A DNA stretch of 64,000 nucleotides, from NCBI RefSeq assembly GCF_964204645.1, contig NC_134028.1:26408345-26472344 (forward strand), written 5' to 3'. The notes beneath the pieces are model-generated. The model searched no databases and had not been told where the DNA came from. It saw only the letters and a list, made by a program, of their open reading frames with translations. Each line of letters begins with the position of its first letter. Position 1 is the first letter of the stretch. The DNA is from Tubulanus polymorphus. Lineage: Eukaryota; Animalia; Nemertea. This document shows, piece by piece, positions 1 to 27,133 of this stretch. Both the position numbers and the translations under genes were made by a program.

Positions 1-198
1 TTGCAAGATTGCAAAATCGCCAATCGGAAGTCTGACTCTGTCTCTGGCTGGGGCGAGAGAACTGTCAAAATTTGGCATATTTATTAGGCTAGATCGAATA
101 ACAGCACGCCCATTCCTATGGAATTTGGCACCAAGATAAAACTCAACAATTAGCATCTTATGATACACAAATACAGAGTTTAAAGTAATCAGAAGTAC

Positions 199-253
199 CT
201 ATTCTTTGGCCAACCGGGCTCGAAAACGGGTTAGACTGAAAAAACTGCGCCAT
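199..253 (-). CDS. TOM1: TOM1/TOM1L2-like VHS-domain protein, first coding exon (gene continues off the left edge)
   Basis: Minus strand reads MAQFFQSNPFSSPVGQRI plus 1 nt, then a GT donor at 198 (phase 1). This matches the TOM1-family N-terminus as recalled (human TOM1 MDFLLGNPFSSPVGQRIE). An in-frame upstream ATG at 265 would add MTDK. Not in the ORF track. Confidence 0.85.
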
Positions 254-436
254 TTTGTCCGTCATCTTCCTGGTCTTTGACTCCCGACGTTTAATCAGCG
301 CCGGGAGGCAATGACGTAATTTTTACCGCAAAATTAATCGAATTTAATCACCGTAATCATACATTATTCTTATTCATTTATATTTTTTGAAGAAATTAAA
401 ATCATGAATAAGATTTATGTGATCGTAGCTTTACCC

Positions 437-467
437 GTTGCTATAGCAACGTTTACAAAATGGCGGC
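437..467. promoter_or_regulatory. RFX X-box and YY1-type motif in the TOM1/DRC3 bidirectional promoter
   Basis: Perfect 14-bp palindrome GTTGCTATAGCAAC (437-450) fits the X-box consensus of ciliary genes. CAAAATGGCGGC at 456-467 is YY1-like and also opens a 6-codon uORF (460-480). Confidence 0.75.
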
Positions 468-981
468 GCCCATGTTTTAGAATTTAAGTCAATTTTTTGC
501 ACCGTTTCATGGTTTTGTCATCGTTTAGTACATCGAGAATAGCAAGATTCAACTGGATTTGAAGTTTTTGTTGGATTTATCTCATCTTAGCCATTTCACA
601 GACGCTCGGAACGGTAACTTTATTTACTAAAACAATAATTAATAATTTAGAAGACAGTTTTATATTTTTTCGAGGCTTAATTTCCTTTGGCTTTGCTTTG
701 TAATTGTTGTCTGGTGGAGTCTGTGCGACTGTGTGTAAGTCTGGAAAATGGGAGAGAGAAATAAATGTTAGGCGCTAGTCTGTGTGTAACACAGGGGACC
801 AATCCCCTCGGAGTCGGTTGGCTGACTAGTTGTCAAGATAAGATAAATTTCTATCAGAGATATAGGGCTATTGCCTTATTCATTTATCGTATCGCTGTTT
901 TACTTGATTATCTATTTGCTGTTGCAGGTTAAATCGCTGTTAATTAAATAAAAATTGCTGTTAATCTGTTGCAGGTGAATA

Positions 982-3900
982 ATGAGTCGATTATACGATA
1001 CAGTTGAACCATCAGTTATTGATGAAGATATGCTACAGAAAGCAGTCGAAGAACAAGGTCCTAAAGATGAAGCTGGACGCATCGCTAAATCTGAAGGAAT
1101 CGATTTTACAGACGTCACTTCTTTGAGATTAGATTTCAAAAGTAAGCGTTAATATAAGTCAAATATATTTCAATAGTTTACAAAGCTATGACGGGCCAAA
1201 ATAATGTGTTAAACAGCCAGACCAGGCAGCCCGTGTTAAATAGACTGTGCTTGCCTCTTCTCACGGTACCAATAGATTCTCTGCTAAATTGTCTTGACCA
1301 AGATCAGCAGCGCATCCCTTAGAGGGGAATTCACAGTTGACAAAGTGTAGCTGTTTAAATTAGTTAGTTACCTAATCATTGGTGGTAAGCTTTTTATAAT
1401 CGGATGAGCTTATACCATTCATGTGGTTTGTGAAAATATCCGATCGTGAAACTAAAACAGTTAGGTTACTGACTACTGTTTAAATGTAACTGTAAAAATT
1501 TACTGATATTTCTCGTACTCAACGTATTCAATTTTTCAGATATCCTGAAGATTGATAATCTATGGTGTTTCACCAATCTGACTAAACTACAACTTGACAA
1601 CAATATCATTGAGAAAATTGAAGGACTTGATAAACTTGTCAATTTAGTTTGGTTAGGTAATTATCCTTTGACTAAAGTTTTGTTTTTTTTTCTCGATTTT
1701 TTAAATGTTCTTCATGTTTAATGGAATCTGTCGTTTAGATTTGTCGTTCAATAATATCGAATCACTGGAAGGATTTGATAAACTCACTCGTCTCGAGGAC
1801 CTGACGTTGTTCAATAACAGAATCAGCAAAGTTGAGAACCTCTCCGAATTAAAATGTCTTCAGATTCTATCGCTTGGCAACAACGAACTCAAAGAGTTGG
1901 AAAATGTAAGATATCTCTGCATTTGACCTGGCTATGAGGGGGGGGGGCAATTGCTCATAAGTTGGTTAGAGTTAACTGTGAATAAATACCATGTGGTAAT
2001 CTATGAGCAACTTTCGAGAAACTGACCTTATGGTTCTTATAGATTACTGTAAATCGAGGAATTCCGGATGAATATTTCTCTGCAGGGAAAATCAGGGAAT
2101 TCGGACTCCTTTCTTGAAAAGTAGAAGGGAATTTGAATCACGGTGTCTTGTTGTTTTTGCTTGTGATTTGTGAAGCACGAGGAACCTCTTAATAAGGAAC
2201 AGCCCTACTGAAGATAACTTATACTTTAATCAGGGTTAATCAGAGTACGAGAAAATCTGGGAATTATAGATTCTCTGATCTGAAAGAAACCCGGACAATG
2301 AAGCATTTGAAATCTAAAATAATTTTGCTTCTGTTTCAGCTTGTGTCTCTGAGAGCTTTCAAGAATTTGAAGACGCTGAATTTAGCTGGTAATCCAATCT
2401 GTGATTTACCAGAATATAAGATCTATACAGTGGCACACATTCCGTGGTTGGAATACCTAGATTACAGACTTGTCGATGAGAATTCGGTAAGAAATTTCAA
2501 GCAAAATACCAGAATTCATTTACAGTAAAAACTTGCTTTTGAACGGAACAGTGTGAGCCAAACTTAATCCATGATACTAAGCGATGATGATGAGAGAAAT
2601 CTGACGATAACGAAGCCAAGATTGAAAAATTCTATATCAGAATGATTATATTTGAGGAGCGACGTTTCGGCTAACAACTGTTAGCCATCATCATCACCAG
2701 TACGCCTGATGATGGCTAACAGTTGTTAGCCGAAACGTCGCTCCTCAAATACAATCATTCTGATATAGAATTTTTCAATCTTGGCTTCGTTATCGTCAGA
2801 TTTCTCTCATCATCATCATACACGGATATTGTGTATCTTCTCGTCGAAGCGATGATATATTGAACATTTTTCTAGTAGTAACTTATCACATAAATTTCTA
2901 TAAACCATTTTAATGATTCATAAATATCTTTGGGCATTAGAAACTCGAAAATTTTTTTTTAACAGAAAATGGCGGGATACGAGAAATATCAAATTGCTAT
3001 TGAAGAGTTAATTCACGATGAAAACGCGGCCGAAAGAAAACTGGAAGAACTGAAGTTGAAAGAAGAGGAAGTTGTTTTACATAAGGTAACTTAATCTTAC
3101 TTGGTCTGAGTTGAAATGTTGGTCTACAACGAACCTCAATCTTACTTAAACTTGGTTCAAGTTTAAACATTGGTCTGCAATAAACCAGAACCAAGTTTCA
3201 CAGATTTTGGTTGTGTTTGATGCTTAACCGAAAACCTGCAGAACTGGGAACTAGTACATGTACTTATTTGTATTTTTCAGGCGGCGTATGTGGAATATTT
3301 GAATGGACCGTACTTGTTTGATAGTTTATTTGCGGAGGACGCAGAGGGACAGAAACTAAACACGATGCCAGGAGTCGATGAAATGCTTCTATCATATCCT
3401 TTTGAATTTCAAATACGTTTTCATGATGTTTTCTAGGGAATTTTATTTAAGATTCTGGCGGACATATCTAACCAAATCGAGTATCCCCTAGTCAACTTAA
3501 ACCTTAACTCACTGATTACTTATAAGGAGAAATTCATAGCGATTTGTCAGCAGATATTCGAATTTGGTTTGGAAGAGCACGAAAAACGTATCTCAGAATA
3601 TCAGCAGTATCAAGACAGTTGCTACGAGGCTAAAACTAAAAACAAAACTGAAGGAATGAACATTATCGACAAATTTATGACGAACAAAAAATTGGTGCGT
3701 TTAATTATTTAGTACCGTAAAAACCGGCATATAAGGCTAAACAAAAATGATATTTTGTTTCTCCGCAGCGGTCGGGTCATTTTTGTAAAATTTGATAAAA
3801 TTTATAAACAGTTCATTTCTATAGCGGCCGGGTCTGTTATGGTAAAATTGATCACGATTTTAAAAAAAGTAATGTATAGGGTAGATAGGCGGCCGGCCGG

Positions 3901-5609
3901 GTCAACATTTAAGCTCAGCAGAGCGGAGAAACAAGGTATCAATTTTTTTTAGCCTAAGTGGAGTTTTTTTTTTCTAGTAGATTTCAGTGCAGTGTGTAAC
4001 ATCACTAAGAATCTCAGTATCATGTACAATACTGTAGTTTAGTGTTAGTGGATCCAGGACTGACGAATTGAATGATGTTGTAGTAATTCATTAGATTTTT
4101 GTCTCCGAATTTTTCAGTTATTTCAAGAGTTTCATCACCTGAACGATCAACAGATGATCGATAAGAAAATTGCCGAATATCTCGACGAAGTTAAAGAAAT
4201 TCACAGAGAACTGTTGGAATTAGACGTACAGTTGGCCGATCAGTTAGAGGTAAATGTAGTTGTGGGTCATGCTTTTAAATCAAAATTACAATGGCGCATC
4301 CGGAGATGGACTCAACCATGCACTACTAAAGTATATCCCTAGAGATTTTGAAATTAAATGTACTCAGAATCTTTATTTTCATCCCTCCATTCGTATTCTT
4401 GCTATATGCATGCAACAAATGCTTGGGACGGATGCCCTTCTTCCCATTCACATTCAGGGTGGCTTCCAACCTGAAAATCTTGAAAACTCAGGGATTCAGA
4501 AAAATTTCAAAAAAGTCAGGGAAAACTCAGGGAATTTTAATGACTTTTGCAAAAAAATATCTTGAGAAATGTATAAATCTTAATATGATAAACCAAGAAA
4601 TTTCTCCAATCACTCAGGGTATTATTGTATGACCTTATTCGAGTATCTTTGGTGAATGCAAGAAATATTTTCTATTGTTTGTTTAAAGGATACGAATAAA
4701 GATTTTGAGCGTAACATGCAAGAAATGGTTACAAACTTCATCGAGAATGTTCAAGGTCAAATTTCACAATGTCGTGAACTTGAAAACATTCACCACGAAC
4801 GACTATTAGAACTGGCGATCGTCGTCTTGGAAAAAGTCGTCAAGAATGAATTGGAAGAGGAAATATCTGAAGACCTCAGAATGGTAAGTAAAACATGAAA
4901 ATGCGGGTTGTCCGATCTAAGGAATAAGAACCACTTGCCCGGGGGCAAGCATATCTGAAATTTTACTTGCCCCCTCAAAAATCTACTTGCCCTACACAAG
5001 CGGTCCAACTGTTGTATCGATTGGCCAAAAGCTTTGTGACATAAAATTGCACTAGCCCGGAGGACAAGTGATAATGATAATCTACTTGCCCATATGATAA
5101 TATACTTGTCTCGGGCAAGTGCTTAGATCGGACCCTGGCGGTTTCAATTTGCCGTCTGTACCTCAGACAGTCCTCATTTGATACAATCTGTTTCCGCATC
5201 TACAGTAGAACCTGTTGGATCATTTGGGACGTTCGAAATTGATCCGGTTTCTGAGAAATCAGGATTAAAAATCTTATTTCATATGTTTACAGTAGATCCA
5301 CTCCCCTTTTCCCCCTTCTAGTCTTATTCTATCTTCTAATGAAATTCTATTGCGTTGTTTCAGTTATTTGTCGATAAAGATACGATAGTAAACGCAGTCA
5401 CAGCATCTCACGACGTTCATCTTCTGAAAATTGATAATCGAGAGGACGAACTGGTCACACGCATTAAACAATGGTCGCAGAATATCATTGACGAAAACCT
5501 CAGTAATGAAATATCACGAAGTCGCGCTCGTGGTTTAGAAATCTGCAATCTTACCGATCATTTACGCGATGAAATAGACTCTTTCGATCTTCAGGGTTCC
5601 GCATATTAA
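982..5609 (+). CDS. DRC3: Dynein regulatory complex subunit 3 (LRRC48), 10 coding exons, 523 aa
   Basis: Exons 982-1141, 1540-1656, 1739-1905, 2340-2486, 2966-3085, 3281-3393, 3520-3694, 4118-4249, 4689-4883, 5364-5609 sum to 1572 nt in one open frame. Starts MSRLYDTVEPSVIDEDMLQKAVEEQGP, has LRRs (LQLDNNIIEKIEGL, LDLSFNNIE), LRRcap LEYLDYR and a coiled-coil C-terminus. Probable non-coding exon ends at 613; AATAAA at 5729. Confidence 0.95.
1361..1475. mobile_element. Non-autonomous TIR element with TAG...CTA termini and 10-bp TSD (AcademH- or MULE-like)
   Basis: Termini TAGTTAGTTACCT / AGGTTACTGACTA; exact flanking duplication CTGTTTAAAT (1351-1360, 1476-1485). Further copies at 9508-9633 and, inverted and diverged, about 29681-29783. 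Confidence 0.75.
2583..2817. repeat. Long inverted repeat (111-bp arms, 13-nt loop), Penelope-like LTR remnant
   Basis: 2583-2693 is the reverse complement of 2707-2817 with one mismatch; lies in DRC3 coding intron 4. Confidence 0.9.
2704..2741 (+). ncRNA. Minimal hammerhead ribozyme motif (Penelope type)
   Basis: CTGATGA (2706-2712), T, stem II GGCTAAC/AGTT/GTTAGCC, GAAAC, GTC (2737-2739). Helix III is the loopless palindrome ACGT; helix I is only about 2 bp. Confidence 0.6.
3394..3519 (+). other. U12-type (minor spliceosome) AT-AC intron in DRC3
   Basis: 5' ATATCCTTTT, branch CCTTAAC at 3502-3508, terminal AC at 3518-3519. Removal restores the frame ...PGVDEMLLSYKEKFIAIC... Confidence 0.93.
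3735..3954. mobile_element. PIF/Harbinger-like MITE
   Basis: TIR GGCTAAA...TTTAGCC with internal GATA..TTGTTTCTCCGC symmetry, flanked by TAA/TAA. Related partial copies at about 36120 and 37113-37430. Confidence 0.7.
4905..5137. mobile_element. MITE with CAGGGTCCGATCTAAG-type TIR (same family as 56915-57088)
   Basis: Shares CCACTTGCCC..GGGGCAAGCATATCTGAAA and GTGCTTAGATCGGACCCTG with the BTAF1 intron copy; left TIR decayed. Third fragment near 51310-51400. Confidence 0.7.
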
Positions 5610-6160
5610 ACACAGGATCTACCCGGTAATTGGAAAGTAACACCTGTGAATATTAATCGTCTTATAGCTCTGTATTTGTGAAACTGAATATAAATCTTTA
5701 TCATCCGTCCAATCTATAAAAATGTGATAATAAAAAAGTCCATTGTTTTATTTCAAAGGTGATTTATTAGATTTATTTTGTTCCCAGAAAGTACAACGGT
5801 CAGTCATTCTTGTTCCCACACCTCCACCCTAGGATTGTGTCATTGCAGTCCCAAGAGACAAGCTTTTAAGACAATATTTGACTCAAGAAATAAAATTAAA
5901 TTGGAACTGTTTAGGGTCGCCTTTGATCAAGTGAACTGACAGACCTGACCTCCAAGACTGCTTTGTTGTGGCTAACTATTCCAGTATAATATTGGCCTAC
6001 TGCCGTATAGCAAATGACCCGAGCTAGGGCACTAGCATAATGACCATGTCAATTTGACTCGTAACCGGGCTGACTCGAGGAAAATTAATTGAGTTAACCC
6101 CCGGGTTAAGTTTCCCGCCACAAACTACAATACATATTAAGACTAATCTATCTAATTTTT

Positions 6161-6248
6161 ACATTGTCACCATGCCTACAAAATGAAGTTATTTTTCTTG
6201 TGGGGTCTCAACAACTAAATCAGGGTGGCGTAGGCATGGTAACAATGT
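6161..6248. repeat. Short inverted repeat (19-bp arms), probable mini-MITE
   Basis: ACATTGTCACCATGCCTAC ... GTAGGCATGGTAACAATGT, one mismatch. Confidence 0.6.
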
Positions 6249-6529
6249 TCAAATCCAAGAAATTTCACAAAATGGAGGATTTTCTCTCTCATTCAACTGG
6301 ACTTAAGGAGTCTTTTTGCCAATCCATCTAATTGGTACAGAACTGGAAATATATCGGATATTCAGTTGTTGTCCGCGATTTTTGGCATTCTGTTAAGACA
6401 TAAATGAGGTATGTACCCCAAAAAGTAAGCAAAATATCCCAGAAAAACAGGTCTCATCAATTAATAAATAGACATTAGCACACTACTATGGCATAGGCAC
6501 ACTAAATAGCGAGGAGCAAACATACTGCT

Positions 6530-6574
6530 GGCTCTTTTAATGGAAATTTGTTTGGCCCTGAAAAGGGCCGTTTG
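6530..6574 (-). terminator. Histone 3' stem-loop and histone downstream element
   Basis: Minus strand CAAAC-GGCCCTTTTCAGGGCC-AAACA (stem-loop 6554-6569), about 40 nt after the stop codon, followed by purine-rich AAAAGAGC (about 6531-6538). Confidence 0.9.
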
Positions 6575-6608
6575 ACAACGGGTGGGGAATTCAGTACAAT
6601 CCCTGGGA

Positions 6609-7013
6609 TTAGTATTCTTGAGACTGCGAACTCTTCTTTCCACCGGAACCTCCAGACTTCTTGGGCAGCAAGACGGCTTGAATGTTCGGCAATACACCGC
6701 CCTGAGCGATGGTAACACCAGCCAGAAGTTTGTTCAATTCCTCGTCATTTCGGACAGCCAACTGAAGATGTCTTGGCGTGATTCTTGTCTTCTTGTTATC
6801 GCGGGCAGCGTTACCGGCTAACTCTAAAACTTCAGCGCCCAGATATTCCATTACAGCGGCCAAATACACCGGGGCACCACCACCAACTCGCTCAGCATAG
6901 TTTCCCTTCTTCAACAGACGATGAATACGACCGACAGGGAATTGTAGTCCAGCTTTGCTAGAACGGGTCTTGGACTTTCCTTTCGCCTTTCCTCCTTTTC
7001 CTCTACCGCTCAT
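6609..7013 (-). CDS. H2AX: Histone H2A.X (134 aa, intronless)
   Basis: [32 protein letters not shown]...[21 protein letters not shown]; C-terminal SQEY is the ATM/ATR phosphorylation motif. True ATG is 7013, not the ORF-track start at 7046. Confidence 0.96.
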   Translation of the reverse strand: MSGRGKGGKAKGKSKTRSSKAGLQFPVGRIHRLLKKGNYAERVGGGAPVYLAAVMEYLGAEVLELAGNAARDNKKTRITPRHLQLAVRNDEELNKLLAGVTIAQGGVLPNIQAVLLPKKSGGSGGKKSSQSQEY

Positions 7014-7103
7014 GATGATGATTCGTACGGGCAACACTTGATACAACGACGTCTGAAGTAGCTATGCCAAAAGTGTACAAAGGTCACCTGATATACCGTA
7101 TTA

Positions 7104-7210
7104 CGCGCCAAATTTATACGGTTCATCCAATGAGCGGCGAGCTGGATGACCTATAGCCAATAGGCATCGAGAAGTACACCGCAGTCGGCAATATATCAGA
7201 GCACTTCCTG
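7104..7210 (-). promoter_or_regulatory. H2A.X promoter: TATA, E2F, two CCAAT boxes, ETS
   Basis: Minus strand TATAAAT runs into TTTGGCGCG (7104-7118); CCAAT at 7127 and 7157; ACTTCCTG at 7203. Confidence 0.65.
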
Positions 7211-7361
7211 TGAATAGGCACTACGAATCGAATCCCTTCTGAATCAAAGTTAGGTGGCAGCACCACTCGGTTATACTCTAATTCGGGCGATCCGCAGAAA
7301 CGCCGGACTCAAGATGTTTTAATCAGGAAGATTCCACCACGAGACATTAAATATATACCTG

Positions 7362-7427
7362 CGCCCAGTTTTATAGACTGGTAAATGAATTGAGTTAGCC
7401 GAAAATACCAGTCTATAAAACTGGCCC
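7362..7427. mobile_element. Hairpin mini-MITE of the GGGCCAGTT...AACTGGCCC family
   Basis: CCAGTTTTATAGACTGGTA ... TACCAGTCTATAAAACTGG arms. Related elements at about 26358-26580, 30382-30480, 37244-37379 and 58907-59100. Confidence 0.6.
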
Positions 7428-9088
7428 CGGGCCGGCGGCGGCACAGTTAGTGGCCTCTTCGTAGGATTTTACATTTAGGTATAAGTCATTGTATTGTATT
7501 CGTTTTGAAATTACACGAATTTGCACAGGGTTCGGCCTTTTATAAAAACAACCCAGATATTTCTACTGAAACGGTTACTTATTTTTCATTGACTGGAGTT
7601 AATTTTATTTCCATCAAAATAATATACAATACATCATCTTGTAGTCATACATATACGGCATTACGAGTAAGATTATTTACGGATTTCTATGAAAAGATTG
7701 CGCGCTGCCACTGGGCGAAGCCGGATAAAGGTACTAGTCCGCGAACGTACGTGTGACGGTCCATCATCGAGGATAGTCTTATTTGATAAAAGGGTTGAAA
7801 TATGATACCGTTTTTGATTCAGGCCCTCGATCAATGTATCATTAGGTTTGAATTTCATACCCTAAAATGAGTTTGATAGTCCATGGTTTGACGGTTTCGT
7901 CCAGAAATACAATCTTCTTCCTCTTCGCAATGACCTCACCCAATTCCGGGCTTTGTTCAATTCGAATAAAATAACCTAGTTTAGGCGACAATAAGACCCC
8001 CTAGTCAGGAAATTCCATCTAACTCGTTTTTATTCCGTACAGAGCGCCTATAATACGTAGTCACAGACTGACGCGTGGTGACTCACGGAGAGGTGGGGAA
8101 CGGATGACGCTAGCGCCGACTCAGTGTACATTGTATACCGCGAGCTGTGAGCATCATAAACGCTCTCTCCCGTCAGTTGCCTAGCTCTCTTTGTGTGTGA
8201 TCAGTGTGTGTCAACCGGCGAACATTTTCCGAGCGCAGAATCCACGAACATTGGGTAGTGAATTTAATCTTGATCGAAGGTTTACATGAAAGCGAGTTTT
8301 TAGTTTTTTTTAGAAGGTGAGTATACACATGACTTATACTTATTGAATGTAAATTAATTGATTGTCGTAGAAATTGGTTTCATTTAATCGACGGATACAA
8401 TGACCATATATGGATATAAAATTGTCAGAATGATGCGGCTTGAGCTTCGAAATGGAGAAAAAAAATTGACAACCATATATAATTTACATATTAAGTTATT
8501 GAAATCATTGAATAGCCTGCAATTGCATAATATTGACTGTCTGGTTTATTGTATTGTGATACACGGAAGCTACATGACTGATGCACTGTTAGGCCTATAA
8601 TTTAATTACAAATATGGTTCGCATCTTGGTTGTCGAGTTTGATTATTTCAGTAGTATATGAAATCATTCTTTGTAACTGGTTGGCTTATTTTACCATTTA
8701 TATAGTTATGAATTTAAGTAACATGTGTTTTTAATTAAATCATACCCACCCGAACCACGGCCACCTTTTGCACCGTACGGTGCTGCCACCGATTGTTAGC
8801 CCTTCTCAAAATAGTATATCCCTCACTCAATTTTGAATGTGCACACACGTGGTCACGGCCACGAAATTTATGTAGGAGTATAGCTCAAGGAAAGAATCAT
8901 GGACTGTTTTATTGAAATTAAGACCAATCCCAATAATCAATTTAAAGATTAGGATCTTGGCCACCCAAGACCGCACCTTGCTTGAAATATATATTCATTT
9001 ATTCAAGAACTTTCCATCCTTGGCTGATGCTTGAGGTGTTGTCATTTCTATAAAGAAACTAATGACTAAGAACATCAACACACCACAC

Positions 9089-9440
9089 TGTGGTGTACTA
9101 GCAAAATCATTCACTGATTGATACATCGTACTGCGGTGTACCAGCAAAGTCCATCACCAATTGATACTCTGTACTGTGGTGTACTAGCAAAATCATTCAC
9201 TGATTGATACATCGTACTGCGGTGTACCAGCAAAGTCCACCACCAATTGATAATCTGTACTGTGGTGTACTAGCATAATCCATCACCAATTGATAGACTG
9301 TGCTGTGGTGTACTAGCATAATCCATCACCAATTGATAGACTGTGCTGTGGTGTACTAGCAAAATCCATCACCAATTGATAGACTGTGCTGTGGTGTACT
9401 AGCAAAATCCATCACCAATTGATACATCGTACTGTGGTGT
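9089..9440. repeat. 43-bp minisatellite, about 8 copies, inside a piggyBac-like MITE end
   Basis: Unit TGTGGTGTACTAGCAAAATCCATCACCAATTGATAGACTGTGC; followed by ACTGAAAGGG-TTTTAA, as at 32731-32744. Confidence 0.85.
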
Positions 9441-9687
9441 AGATATACTGAAAGGGTTTTAATGGGGCAATTTAGATAATTTTAAAGACACATAGACTTA
9501 TTGGGTTTAGTTAGTTACCTTACCGTTGGTGGTAAGCTTTTTATAATGGAATGAGCTTAAATACCAACCATGGCCGATGTGGTTTGTGAAAATATCCGAT
9601 CGTGAAACTAAACCACAGACAGGTTACTGACTAATTTGGGTTGTACTTTCATTTCAGAAGAGGAGTATATAAATTGTAGCCAGCGTC

Positions 9688-26324
<16,637 letters not shown>

Positions 26325-26882
26325 TCAACACGACCGGCAATGTGGAGAAAAAACTAGGTCCAGTTGTGCAGTCGTGACTTCGTGCAGTGGTCGTAAATTT
26401 GGCCCCAGTTCGACAATTTGACTCGGAGTTAAAACATCGAAAAAAATGAATTTTATTTTAACAGAGAGTTAACGCTGACCTCACGACTGTGGAACTGGAT
26501 CTCTGCAGTTGTGAGTCAAGATTTAACTCGAAGATGAACTAATCTTAAATCATAGTTAACTCGCAACTGTGCAACTGGATTTTGGAGATTAGTCTTAAGT
26601 TCTAAGATTGGCTGCAGATGGTCTACAAAGCCATGACTGCGCATAGCCCCGGGAATTCTGAAAAAAAGAGAACTGTTTGTTGTGTAATGATAGACTGTGG
26701 AATTGTGATATTACTATTATTATTATTATTACTATTATTATCATATGTGACTTGTTTTGAAAACTTGTATGAAAAAATAACAATTAAAAGAAAAACTATA
26801 GAAATTGTATAGATTAGTTGAAACTTAATCTATATAGATTTTATAGTTATTCTTCTGATTAACGGTTTTTACATCAATGAAG

Positions 26883-27133
26883 TTAGACAGTCCCTTGCCT
26901 AGGCAGATTAGACAGTCCCTTGCCTAGGCAGATTAGACAGTCCCTCATCTAGGAAGGTTAGACAATCCCTTGTCTAGGCAGGTTAGACAGTCCCTTGTCT
27001 AGGCAGATTAGACAGTCCCTTGTCTAGGAAGGTTAGACAGTCCCGTGTCTAGGCAGGTTAGACAGTCCCGTGTCTAGGAAGGTTAGACAGTCCCGTGTCT
27101 AGGCAGGTTAGACAGTCCCTTGTCTAGGCAGGT
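26883..27133. repeat. 25-bp minisatellite, about 10 copies, in the presumed fascin 3' UTR
   Basis: Unit TTAGACAGTCCCTTGTCTAGGCAGG, with an internal TAGACA/TGTCTA hairpin. Confidence 0.93.

Noticed and set aside
1657-1738. TATCCTTT near the donor of DRC3 coding intron 2
   Set aside because: Motif is offset from the GT (GTAATTATCCTTT) and no U12 branch is evident; treated as U2-type.
6461-6821. Small ORFs overlapping H2A.X
   Set aside because: Alternative-frame or antisense shadows of the histone CDS.
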